Of a stretch of DNA of 50,531 nucleotides, positions 28,542-37,313 are shown piece after piece. The stretch lies in NCBI GenBank assembly GCA_017937625.1, contig JAGBDG010000047.1, positions 1 to 50,531 of the forward strand, given 5' to 3'. The notes under the pieces were generated by a model. The model made no database searches and was not told the DNA's origin. It worked only from the letters and a program-made list of their open reading frames with translations. How positions within the stretch are numbered: the first letter of the stretch is position 1; every line of letters starts with the position of its first letter. The DNA comes from Muribaculaceae bacterium (lineage in GTDB: Bacteria > Bacteroidota > Bacteroidia > Bacteroidales > Muribaculaceae). The position numbers and the translations under genes are program-made.

Positions 28542-29810
28542 ATGCAAATCAGACGCTTGCTAACCGTGTTGCCGCTCATCGCGGCGCTATGCGCATCAGC
28601 CGCCGACACCGACGCTCCCGCATACAGCTTCGAACAGTGCGAGGGCTCGCTCAAGCCTTATCCCGAAACAATTCAGAGCATCAACTGCCCCGACTCGCTC
28701 GTACCGGTGTTCATCAACCACGTCGGACGTCACGGAGCGCGCTATCCGGCGTCGTCGGCAAACTGTCTGGCTCTTGCCAAGGCGCTTTCGAAGGCAGACA
28801 GCCTCGGCACGATTACTCCGCTCGGACGCAAGCTCATGAAACTCAACGACCGCATAATAGGCGAGAGCACAAACCGCTGGGGCGCCCTCGACTCGCTCGG
28901 CATACTCGAGCAGCAGTCGATTGCGACGCGCATGTTCATGTCCTATCCCGAAGTGTTCAGCGCCAAGGGTACCATAAAGGCTATCTCATCGTACTCTCCG
29001 CGTGCCATGATGAGCATGTATGCTTTTGTACATCAGCTCGACCGCCTCAACAACCACAATACTTTCACGACATCTACAGGACGTGTCAATTCCTACCTGA
29101 TGCGTCCGTTCGATACCGACACGGCATACATCGAGTTCCGCCGTGAAAAACGCTGGCAGCCTGCATACGACCTTTTCTTCGCCTCCGTATGCCCCACGGG
29201 CGCCATACGCCGCGTGCTCGGCGAGAATTATCCGTTCGCCGATATCTCGGAGGAACGCAATCTGGCGATTACAGAGTACTATGTCGTCGCCGGGTTACGT
29301 GCGATGGGACTTCAGTCCGAGATGAAGGAATATTTCACCAAAGAGGAGGCAAACAGCCTGTGGAGCTGCTTCAACATGCGCCAGTACCTGCAGCGCACGG
29401 CATCTACAGTCAGCTCCGTGCCTGCCGATATCGCATCCGACCTCGTGCTCGACATCATATCCACTACCGACGCCTTTATCGACGGCTCTGACAAGGACAC
29501 GCGCGCCGTGCTCCGCTTCGGACATGCCGAGACGCTTATGCCGTTGCTTTCGCTGCTCCATATCCCCGGCTGCTATTATCTTACCAACTATTTCGACACC
29601 GTGGCGATGCACTGGCGCGATTTCGACGTTGTGCCCATGGCGGCGAACGTGCAGTTTATCCTTTTCCGCTCGACTACCGGACGCCACTATATCCGTGTCG
29701 ATCTCAACGAGCAGCCCGTCCGTCTACGCAAGGGCGACGATGCTGTCTATTTCCCGTGGGGCGAGCTGCGCCGCTATATGACCAACTGCGTACCTGTCTA
29801 CGCGCAGTGA
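28542..29810 (+). CDS. Histidine acid phosphatase, MINPP/phytase type
   Basis: RHGARYP catalytic motif, HAE proton-donor motif (RFGHAETLMPL), PMAANVQ; signal peptide; start ATG 28542. Confidence 0.88.
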   Translation: MQIRRLLTVLPLIAALCASAADTDAPAYSFEQCEGSLKPYPETIQSINCPDSLVPVFINHVGRHGARYPASSANCLALAKALSKADSLGTITPLGRKLMKLNDRIIGESTNRWGALDSLGILEQQSIATRMFMSYPEVFSAKGTIKAISSYSPRAMMSMYAFVHQLDRLNNHNTFTTSTGRVNSYLMRPFDTDTAYIEFRREKRWQPAYDLFFASVCPTGAIRRVLGENYPFADISEERNLAITEYYVVAGLRAMGLQSEMKEYFTKEEANSLWSCFNMRQYLQRTASTVSSVPADIASDLVLDIISTTDAFIDGSDKDTRAVLRFGHAETLMPLLSLLHIPGCYYLTNYFDTVAMHWRDFDVVPMAANVQFILFRSTTGRHYIRVDLNEQPVRLRKGDDAVYFPWGELRRYMTNCVPVYAQ

Positions 29811-29873
29811 CGCCGTACTGAACTCTTTGGCTCGACGGATGTTTTTATTATAAAAGATAAAAACGAACCCGTT

Positions 29874-30350
29874 ATGAAAGAAATAGCTCTAATCGGTACT
29901 ACAAATCATGTGTTCGGAGATGTTCTCGGCGCTCTTCTGGCGCGTGGCGCTTCTGTCAACGCTATGGTCGATTACCCCGAGAAAGTAATGCTCGAAGACA
30001 GCCGCCTTACAGTAACTCATCTTCCCGTCGAGGAGCATGACCGCGTGGTCGAGGCTCTCGAAGGATACCATGATGCAGTTCTGACATATAACGACGACCT
30101 GTCAGATTCCTACACAAACGATTTGACTCTCAAATATTTTGTCGATACAGTCCATGCAGCCCGTGAGGCAGGCGTGGCTCGTATAATTGTTGTGGGCTCG
30201 CCCGACTCTCAGGCGTTCTTTGTCAGTGACCTTCGCCGTCTTGACGATATCGACTGGGTTTTCATCTCTACCGAAGGCGATTATCCGGACAGGACGGTAG
30301 AAGAAGTCGTGAATCCCCGTTTCCACAGCGAGGTATACACCGAAGACTGA
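29874..30350 (+). CDS. Short Rossmann-like protein (NAD(P)H-binding / flavin reductase-like, degenerate)
   Basis: KEIALIG..., LLARG..V, ALEGYHDAV, AAREAGVARIIVVGS, IDWVFIS; glycine-rich loop degenerate; 158 aa. Confidence 0.6.
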   Translation: MKEIALIGTTNHVFGDVLGALLARGASVNAMVDYPEKVMLEDSRLTVTHLPVEEHDRVVEALEGYHDAVLTYNDDLSDSYTNDLTLKYFVDTVHAAREAGVARIIVVGSPDSQAFFVSDLRRLDDIDWVFISTEGDYPDRTVEEVVNPRFHSEVYTED

Positions 30351-30377
30351 TTCTCATTCTCAACTCTCTCTTCGTGG

Positions 30378-30410
30378 AGGCTGTGCCGTATGGTCGGCAC
30401 AGCCTTTTTT
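30378..30410 (+). terminator. Rho-independent terminator
   Basis: aggctgtgccg / cggcacagcct followed by a T run. Confidence 0.85.
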
Positions 30411-30414
30411 GCGC

Positions 30415-30454
30415 AAAAAAAATCCCGCCGGCAGGGTCTCTGACGGCGGGATTT
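30415..30454 (-). terminator. Rho-independent terminator ending the galactan PUL
   Basis: aaatcccgccg / cggcgggattt with an A8 run (U-tract on -). Confidence 0.85.
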
Positions 30455-30471
30455 GCTTATTGTCGACAGTG

Positions 30472-32919
30472 TTATTCTACAGTGACTGTGGCAGTGGCGG
30501 GACGCAGACCTTTCGCGGTGGCGCGGATGGTGAGCGTGCCTGCATGGTCGGCGGGGCGTGCGATAGCAGTCGCGGCGCCGCTGAAGAGTTTCATCTGCGG
30601 CTTCTGGAAAGGCATGATGCACGTGGGGTCGCCGTTGGCGGTAGCCTCGAAGGTTCCGGCGCCGCTTACCTCGAAGCGGACAAGATTGTCGGCATCAGGC
30701 ACCGGATTGCCCTTGGCATCGACAGCTGTGACGGTGAAATATACGAGGTCGTTGCCGTCGGCGGCTATACGGTCGCGGTTAGCCGTTATCTTCAGCGCCT
30801 TTGCTTTGCCAGCCGTGCGCACGGTCTTCTCCTCGGCTACTTTGCCGTCGGCGTCGTATGCCACTACACGCAGTTCGCCGGGCTCATAGACTACGTCGTT
30901 CCAGCGCAGGCGATAGCGGTCGACGGGATTGCTTTTGTCGAACGTGCGGCGTCCCTGGCTCTTGCCGTTGACGAAAAGCTCAGCCTCGAGGTAGCTCGTG
31001 TAGACGAAAACGGGAGTGGTCTGCCCCTCGCGTCCCTTCCAGTTCCAGTGGGGAAGGATATGGAGCGTGTTGTCTTTCTTGTTCCATTGCGAGCGGTAGA
31101 GATAGAAACGGTCCTTTGGCAGCGACGCGAGGTCGAAGATGCCGAAATAAGAGCTGTGGCTCGGCCATGCGTCGGTGTCGTAGGGCGACGGTTCGCCGAG
31201 ATAGTCGAAACCTGTCCATACGAACTGTCCGAGCGTCCATTCGCGGTCGTCGTCCATGGCGAAGTCGAGGTCCGGGGTATTGCTCCACGAGCAGCTTTCG
31301 TTGTCGTAGCTGTTGCTCTGGTTGTCGGGGTGCATAGCCACATGGTGCTCGCCGAATTCAACGGGGAAGTAGTACTTGCCGCGCGACGAGACTGTCGAAG
31401 CCGTCTCCGAGCCGAGTATCATCTTCTGGGGGAGAATGCTATATGCCTTGTCGTAGTACTGCGGCTTGTAGTTGAAGCCGGGTATGTCGAGCGCTGCGGC
31501 GAAGCCGTTGTCGAGGACGGAGCCTATCTGGTCCATTCCGCAGGTCACGGGGCGTGTCGGGTCGAGCTGATGCACGAGATTCTGAAGCATCGTGAGCTCG
31601 TCCATGCCGGGCGCTCCCCACTGGCTCGGAACCTCGTTGCCTATCGACCACATCACTACGGAAGGCGAGTTGCGGAAATGCTCCACCATGTTGGTGACGT
31701 CGCGCTCTGCCCAGTCGTTGAACACGGCACCGTAGCCGTTGGGCGATTTGGGGCGGAAGCCCCAGTCGTCGAAAGGCTCGACCATAAGCATCATGCCGAG
31801 TTCGTCGCAAAGTTCGGCGAGCTCCGGAGCCGGCATGTTGTGCGATGTGCGTATGGCGTTGGCTCCCATGTCCTTGAGAAGCTCAATCTGGTGGCGCAGG
31901 GCCGAGCGGTTGACTGCCGCTCCGAGCGGACCGAGATCGTGGTGGTTGCAGACACCCTTGAATTTCGTAGGCTCGCCGTTGAGGAAGAAGCCCTTTTCGG
32001 GAACATATTCGATTGTGCGGATGCCGAAGCGTGTGTCGTAGGTGTCGACAGGCTTGCCGTCGACACTCAGTGTCGTTTTTGCCGTATAGAGAGCCGGGCT
32101 GTCGGGCGACCAACGCTCGGGATTGCTGACGATGAAATTCTGGACGAATTCCTGACCGCGGGCGATGTATGGAGCGTCGTTCTTCGCCACTTCCTTGCCC
32201 TGCGGGTCGACGATGACGGTGCTGACGTCGATTTTCTCTCCGTTGGGCCACTCCTCGATTTTGCGGGCGCCGTCGATCTTCATCTGAAGGCGTACAGAAG
32301 CGTAGTCGTCCTTCACCACAGGAGTGGTCACGTACGTGCCCCATACGGGAATATGTATGCGGTCGGCGTCGATGACATGAACGTTGCGGTAGAGACCGGC
32401 GCCGGGATACCAGCGGGAGGCGCGCTCCTTGTTCTCGAGTTCCACGACGAGGTCGTTGCTTCCCGGACGGACGGCTCCGCGAGTGTCGACGGAGAAAGAA
32501 TTGTAGCCGTAAGGCCATAACGCTATTTCCTTACCGTTAAGGCTGACACGGGCGTTGCTCATGGCGCCGTCGAAAAGAAGCACTATGGAGCGTCCTGCAG
32601 TGTCGGGAACTTCGAAGGTCGTCTTGTAGACTCCTTTGCCGATGAAGGGCAGGCCTCCGGTTCGGCCGGTCTTGACGGTCTCTTCTTTTTCGCCGTTCTG
32701 TTCGACGGCCACAACCTGAAGGTCATTGGCGCGGTCGAAAGGACCGGTAATAGCCCAGTCGTGCGGCACGCGGACGTTTTGCCATCCGGAGTTGTCGGCG
32801 AGTGTGCCGTGTGCGAACTGCCAGCCGTCGTTGAGAGTGGCGACATTGCGTCCGGCGTGGCAGAAAGCAATGGCGCCCGAAAGCGCCACTGCCGATATTA
32901 CGAGAGTTTTAGTATTCAT
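30472..32919 (-). CDS. GH2 beta-galactosidase (DUF4982-containing)
   Basis: VPHDWAI, SRWYPGAGLYR, GVCNHHDLG, NAIRTSHN, acid/base WSIGNE, GSETAS, WTGFDYLGEP. Confidence 0.93.
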   Translation of the reverse strand: MNTKTLVISAVALSGAIAFCHAGRNVATLNDGWQFAHGTLADNSGWQNVRVPHDWAITGPFDRANDLQVVAVEQNGEKEETVKTGRTGGLPFIGKGVYKTTFEVPDTAGRSIVLLFDGAMSNARVSLNGKEIALWPYGYNSFSVDTRGAVRPGSNDLVVELENKERASRWYPGAGLYRNVHVIDADRIHIPVWGTYVTTPVVKDDYASVRLQMKIDGARKIEEWPNGEKIDVSTVIVDPQGKEVAKNDAPYIARGQEFVQNFIVSNPERWSPDSPALYTAKTTLSVDGKPVDTYDTRFGIRTIEYVPEKGFFLNGEPTKFKGVCNHHDLGPLGAAVNRSALRHQIELLKDMGANAIRTSHNMPAPELAELCDELGMMLMVEPFDDWGFRPKSPNGYGAVFNDWAERDVTNMVEHFRNSPSVVMWSIGNEVPSQWGAPGMDELTMLQNLVHQLDPTRPVTCGMDQIGSVLDNGFAAALDIPGFNYKPQYYDKAYSILPQKMILGSETASTVSSRGKYYFPVEFGEHHVAMHPDNQSNSYDNESCSWSNTPDLDFAMDDDREWTLGQFVWTGFDYLGEPSPYDTDAWPSHSSYFGIFDLASLPKDRFYLYRSQWNKKDNTLHILPHWNWKGREGQTTPVFVYTSYLEAELFVNGKSQGRRTFDKSNPVDRYRLRWNDVVYEPGELRVVAYDADGKVAEEKTVRTAGKAKALKITANRDRIAADGNDLVYFTVTAVDAKGNPVPDADNLVRFEVSGAGTFEATANGDPTCIMPFQKPQMKLFSGAATAIARPADHAGTLTIRATAKGLRPATATVTVE

Positions 32920-32954
32920 ACTTATATAACGTCTTTTACAGGCGAAATATTTTA

Positions 32955-34007
32955 TTATTTAGCCTCGGCGAATGCCTCGAGAGCCTCGTTGGGTGCGCCG
33001 TTCTGGAAGCACCCCATCTCGTAGCCGCCGTTGTAGCCTTCGGGCGCCTGGGGCTCCCAGTAGAATATGCCTTCAACGGCGGCTTTCATCATCTTGGCGA
33101 TGAGTGATTTGCATGCTTTGCCCTCATCATATTTCATACCGATCTCGCAGATCATGACCGGCTTCCCGAATTTCTGTCTGAGGTGGTTGATGTTGGCAAT
33201 ACAGTCGTCGGAAACGGTTTCCCATCCCTTTTCGGACCAGAAGGGATAGAGAGACATGCCTATCATGTCATATTTGCCGCCGTTTGCCTCGAGAGCATCG
33301 AACATGTTGTCGTAGCGTGTCTGGTCGTCGCCTCCGTCGAGATGCACGATACAGAGAATTTCAGGGAATACAGCTTTAGCGGCGTCGTAGCCGGCATTGT
33401 TGAGCTGTGCGAGCTGTGCGGGGTTTTTCCACAGGTCACCGGCAGGAAGCATCATGCCGGGAGAAGTCTCGTTACCTATCTGTACCCATTCGGGTGTGAT
33501 GTTCTGTGCCTTCAGGGCATTCAAAGTCTCAGTCACGTGGTCGGCGACGGCTTTCTTGAGGTCTTCGAAACCGAGATTTTTCCATGCCTCGGGCATTTCC
33601 TGGTGCCCGGGGTCTGCCCATGTGTCGGAGAAGTGGAAGTCTATCATGAGCCGCTGTCCGAGGCGGTCGGCGCGGCGAGCCTTGACCACCACGTCGTCGA
33701 TGTTGTTCCAGCCTTCGGCGGGATTGACCCACACACGCAGACGGATTGAGTTGACACCGCAGTGGTCGCGGAGGAGTTGCATGCATTCCATTTCCTGACG
33801 GTCGGCACCGGGTGTGTAGAACTTGAGTCCTTCTTTTTCCATCTGTGTGAGCCAGCTGACGTCGGCACCGCGGGCGAAGCCTGTTTCCTTGACGACGGGA
33901 GCGGGCTGGGGCATGGGATCGGTCACAGGATTGATTTCATCGCTGCACGACACGCCCGTCATCGCTGCTGCGAGAATGATACCGGATATTATACTTGTCA
34001 TTTTCAT
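32955..34007 (-). CDS. GH53 endo-beta-1,4-galactanase lipoprotein
   Basis: Lipobox GVSC, ARGADVSW, NSIRLRVWVNP, DFHFSDTWADPG, QIGNE, ICEIG, IFYWEP. Confidence 0.94.
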   Translation of the reverse strand: MKMTSIISGIILAAAMTGVSCSDEINPVTDPMPQPAPVVKETGFARGADVSWLTQMEKEGLKFYTPGADRQEMECMQLLRDHCGVNSIRLRVWVNPAEGWNNIDDVVVKARRADRLGQRLMIDFHFSDTWADPGHQEMPEAWKNLGFEDLKKAVADHVTETLNALKAQNITPEWVQIGNETSPGMMLPAGDLWKNPAQLAQLNNAGYDAAKAVFPEILCIVHLDGGDDQTRYDNMFDALEANGGKYDMIGMSLYPFWSEKGWETVSDDCIANINHLRQKFGKPVMICEIGMKYDEGKACKSLIAKMMKAAVEGIFYWEPQAPEGYNGGYEMGCFQNGAPNEALEAFAEAK

Positions 34008-34019
34008 CGAATTTTAGTT

Positions 34020-35729
34020 TTATTTGGTTGTGTAGGAGAATGTCTGTTTGCCAAGGTCGACCGTGAGCACGACTGTCGCGCCGATAGCTATGCCGCTGTC
34101 GCCTGCAAAACCGCTCTTGCCGGAGTCGGTGCGGAGGTAGGCGTAGCCGTCTTTATCGCCTGCGCCGAGGAAAAGCTCCCAGTTGTCATTGAAGAGCACT
34201 TTGACACCCCATGGCGTTTCGGCAGCCTTGACATATTCATAAGTGTATATTTCAGGATTTGCGGGGTCTGCAGTCATTGGCTTGACACTCCAGTCGTCGC
34301 CGAGACCTGTACAGCCTACGCTTTCCACTTTGGTAAGAACGTATGATAGCTCGCCCATATTGTATGCCATTACGTAAAGCCCTGCTTCAGGAGCTGGAAT
34401 GTTGCCGTCGTTGCCGCTCTCAGCCTGCACAAGGTTGCCTGCAAGAGGTTCGGCACCGTCTGCGCCCTTGTACGCTGTTTCCCAGGACTGTTCGGGATAT
34501 GCCCTGTAGCCCCACTCGGAGTTGATGTAGTGCGCGCCGCCGTAAGTCTTGGCATCGGCATCGGTGAGTATGAGGTAGTCGCTGATGTTGTCCCAGGTGA
34601 CAAGACCGGAGAAATAGAGGAATTCCGAAACGGTCTCGACAGGCGCGGATTCGCCGGCGGTAAGTTTGGGCGATTTGCCGCTCAGGTCGAGGATAAGAGC
34701 GCCAGCTCCTGCTGGAAGTGCCACACTCACTGTTCCCTGAGCGTTGCCGAATGCGAGGTCATCGGCGTTGCCGGTGAAAGTGACATCGTTTACGGATGCG
34801 GGTGCGCCTGTACCCGATTCGATGTCATAGAGGCTCGCTTTGCCACCGAGAGTGACGTTTACGGTGGCTGCTGCCGCCATGTCGACGGGAAGCGTCCATT
34901 GGTTGAGATTCTTGTTGAAAGTCATCTCGCCGCTGAGGTCGCCGCCGACAGTGATGTTGTCGATATGGAGTGCGTTCCACCATGCGTCGTTGGTATTGAC
35001 GGTGACATAGTAGCTGCCGGAGGGTTCGGGGAACCAGAAGTTCCAGCTGGAGGAAGCAGAGGATGCCCGGAAAGGAGTGCCGTCGTCGCTGTTGCCCCAG
35101 TAGTTGTTTACCGGGTCGCGGAACCACCAGTTCTCCCATGAGCCGGCTCCGACAAAGCCGGTGTAGACGCCGTCGGCATCCGGAGATGACAGTGTCATGC
35201 CGGTCTCGTTCTTGTCCTTGTCGAGATAGTAGCCAGTTGTCCAGTCGATGAAGAAAGGAGTCACGGTGAGCCTGAGCACATCGGAGTACTTCGGGTCGAC
35301 GTTGGAGCCCGCTGCGCTGCGAACGCGGACATAAAGGGGAAGAGCCATGTCGGCGGTCATTCCCAGTTTGCCTGTTATGTTGTTTAGCTCCATTACGGTA
35401 TAGCTGCATTCGAACACGCCCGGAGCCACAGTCTGCTCATATAGGTTCGAGAAGTCTTCCTTGTCCGACATCTCGACGGTGTTTGTCACAGCGTTTGCCG
35501 GGGGAAGCACGGCAGGATTGTTCAGGGTTATCTCGCCGTTTTCTGTCCAGTAGAAAGTGAGGGCGAGTGCATTGAGGTTGTCCTTGGAGAGGACAATTTC
35601 CGACGCGGATGTCTCGATGTCGGCTTTGTTAGCGCCGTCGGTGTAGAGCAGGTCTCCGTCCTTGTCGCATGACGTGAGGGCAGCGAGCGCTACAGCGGCT
35701 GAAATATAGTATGCTGTTCTTTGTTTCAT
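34020..35729 (-). CDS. SusE/F-like surface glycan-binding lipoprotein (DUF5114-type)
   Basis: Lipobox LTSC followed by DKDGD, SusE-like N-terminal domain, Trp-rich modules; lies between SusD and GH53. Confidence 0.8.
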   Translation of the reverse strand: MKQRTAYYISAAVALAALTSCDKDGDLLYTDGANKADIETSASEIVLSKDNLNALALTFYWTENGEITLNNPAVLPPANAVTNTVEMSDKEDFSNLYEQTVAPGVFECSYTVMELNNITGKLGMTADMALPLYVRVRSAAGSNVDPKYSDVLRLTVTPFFIDWTTGYYLDKDKNETGMTLSSPDADGVYTGFVGAGSWENWWFRDPVNNYWGNSDDGTPFRASSASSSWNFWFPEPSGSYYVTVNTNDAWWNALHIDNITVGGDLSGEMTFNKNLNQWTLPVDMAAAATVNVTLGGKASLYDIESGTGAPASVNDVTFTGNADDLAFGNAQGTVSVALPAGAGALILDLSGKSPKLTAGESAPVETVSEFLYFSGLVTWDNISDYLILTDADAKTYGGAHYINSEWGYRAYPEQSWETAYKGADGAEPLAGNLVQAESGNDGNIPAPEAGLYVMAYNMGELSYVLTKVESVGCTGLGDDWSVKPMTADPANPEIYTYEYVKAAETPWGVKVLFNDNWELFLGAGDKDGYAYLRTDSGKSGFAGDSGIAIGATVVLTVDLGKQTFSYTTK

Positions 35730-35732
35730 GGC

Positions 35733-37301
35733 TTAGTAGAGTTCGTTTTTGAGGTTGGGGTTTGCTGAAAGCTCTGCCGAGGGAATGGGGTAGATGTTGT
35801 AGCGCTCGTTGACAGCCTGTCCATCGAGCGTGCCGCCCTTCCACTGCCAGATATAGTCGCCGGATGTGAAGAGACCGAAGCGCACGAGGTCGGTACGGCG
35901 CATCATTTCGTGGTAGAATTCACGTCCGCGCTCGTCGATCATGAATTTCAAGTTGAACTGGTCTGCAGAAATGTCGCCGGAGTAGTCGCCGTAGGCACGG
36001 CGGCGTACAAGGTTGACCCAGTAGCGCGCGTCTTCCGCCGATATGCCCTCGCCGCCGCGGAGCTGTGCCTCAGCTGCGGACAGATAGATTTCTGCAAGGC
36101 GGAACATAGGATAGTCGGTATCGCAGCCGCGTGCGGCAGTGTCGCTCGAAGGTTCGCCGGCATCGGTAAGGTTAGTCCATTTCTCGCTGAAATATCCTTC
36201 TGCCTGATTGTCGATAGCGCCGGTGAAATATTGTGACTGGCTGTCGGTCCAGAAGGTGTTGCGGGCGTCCTTGGTGCTGGTGAACAGAGCGGGAAGCTCT
36301 CCGCGGACGCGCCAGTTGCCCCAGCCGTTGCTGATGCCGTACTTCGCCGGATCCTGTGTGCTGTTGTTGCCGCAGGCTGCGCAGATAATATAAGTCGCGG
36401 AGCCCCATGTGGTGGCGTTGTCGGCATCGGCTGCGAAAGCGAAGATGATTTCGTTTGTGCGCTTGTGGTTCTCGGCGTTGAAAAGCTTGCTGTAGTTTTC
36501 TTCGAGAGTGTAGCGGTTGAGGTCGATGATTTTCTTGGCGTAGGTGATGCATTCGGTGTAATGGCTTTCACCAGTGTAAACTTCGCCGTTGAGGGCGAGG
36601 CGCACGCCGAGTGCCCATGCGGCGGTTCTGCCTGCGCGACCGTATTCGTTGGTCTCGGGGAGGATGTTCTCGATAGCCTTGATTTCACTGTCGATGAAAG
36701 CATATAGTTGCTTTCCGTCGTATGCTTCGGGAATAACGCCTGTCGTTGGTGTCGATTCGTTCACATTCGGTCCTTTGCGGAAGAGGTCGAGTACGAAGTA
36801 GTAGTCGAGCGCGCGGATGAAACGTGCCTCGGCGGCATAGATGCGTATTTCGTCTTGTTCGGCGGCAGTGAACTTGCTTATACTGCCCTCGCCGCAGTAG
36901 CGGAGGAATTCGTTGCAGAGTGCTACCGAGTAGAACAGACGGTAATAGGTGTCGGACACCCATACGTCGTTGGCATCCCACGTCATATATGTTATAGCGG
37001 TCTGGTTATCGCCCGAAAGCCATGTCTGTGCCACTTCGTCGGTGGAAGACTCCTGAAGATTGAAGAGGTTTCGGATAAGGTCCTGCCCCTGATTGCTGGA
37101 TAAATCGGGATTGCCGGCGCGTTCCTGCCCCACAAGGCTGTATGAGCCGTATATTTTGGCAAGCACCGACTGGTAGCCCTCGAGGGTGGAGTAGACCTGC
37201 TCGGATGTGTTGCCGATTACCGGCTTCTGGTCGAGGTTGGCGGTGCATGACGCCATGACAATGGCGGCTGCGGCTATGATGATTGATTTTATTTTAGTCA
37301 T
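35733..37301 (-). CDS. susD: SusD/RagB family lipoprotein
   Basis: Lipobox MASC, EARFIRALDY, FRLAEIYL..AEA, DERGREFYHE..RRTDLVRFG, YPIP...NPNL. Confidence 0.95.
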   Translation of the reverse strand: MTKIKSIIIAAAAIVMASCTANLDQKPVIGNTSEQVYSTLEGYQSVLAKIYGSYSLVGQERAGNPDLSSNQGQDLIRNLFNLQESSTDEVAQTWLSGDNQTAITYMTWDANDVWVSDTYYRLFYSVALCNEFLRYCGEGSISKFTAAEQDEIRIYAAEARFIRALDYYFVLDLFRKGPNVNESTPTTGVIPEAYDGKQLYAFIDSEIKAIENILPETNEYGRAGRTAAWALGVRLALNGEVYTGESHYTECITYAKKIIDLNRYTLEENYSKLFNAENHKRTNEIIFAFAADADNATTWGSATYIICAACGNNSTQDPAKYGISNGWGNWRVRGELPALFTSTKDARNTFWTDSQSQYFTGAIDNQAEGYFSEKWTNLTDAGEPSSDTAARGCDTDYPMFRLAEIYLSAAEAQLRGGEGISAEDARYWVNLVRRRAYGDYSGDISADQFNLKFMIDERGREFYHEMMRRTDLVRFGLFTSGDYIWQWKGGTLDGQAVNERYNIYPIPSAELSANPNLKNELY

Positions 37302-37313
37302 TTGTGTCGTCGC

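Noticed and set aside
28542-28600. Twin-arginine signal in the MINPP phosphatase (QIRRLL) linked to nearby tatAC
   Set aside because: Poor match to S/T-R-R-x-F-L-K with a very short n-region; it looks like an ordinary Sec signal.
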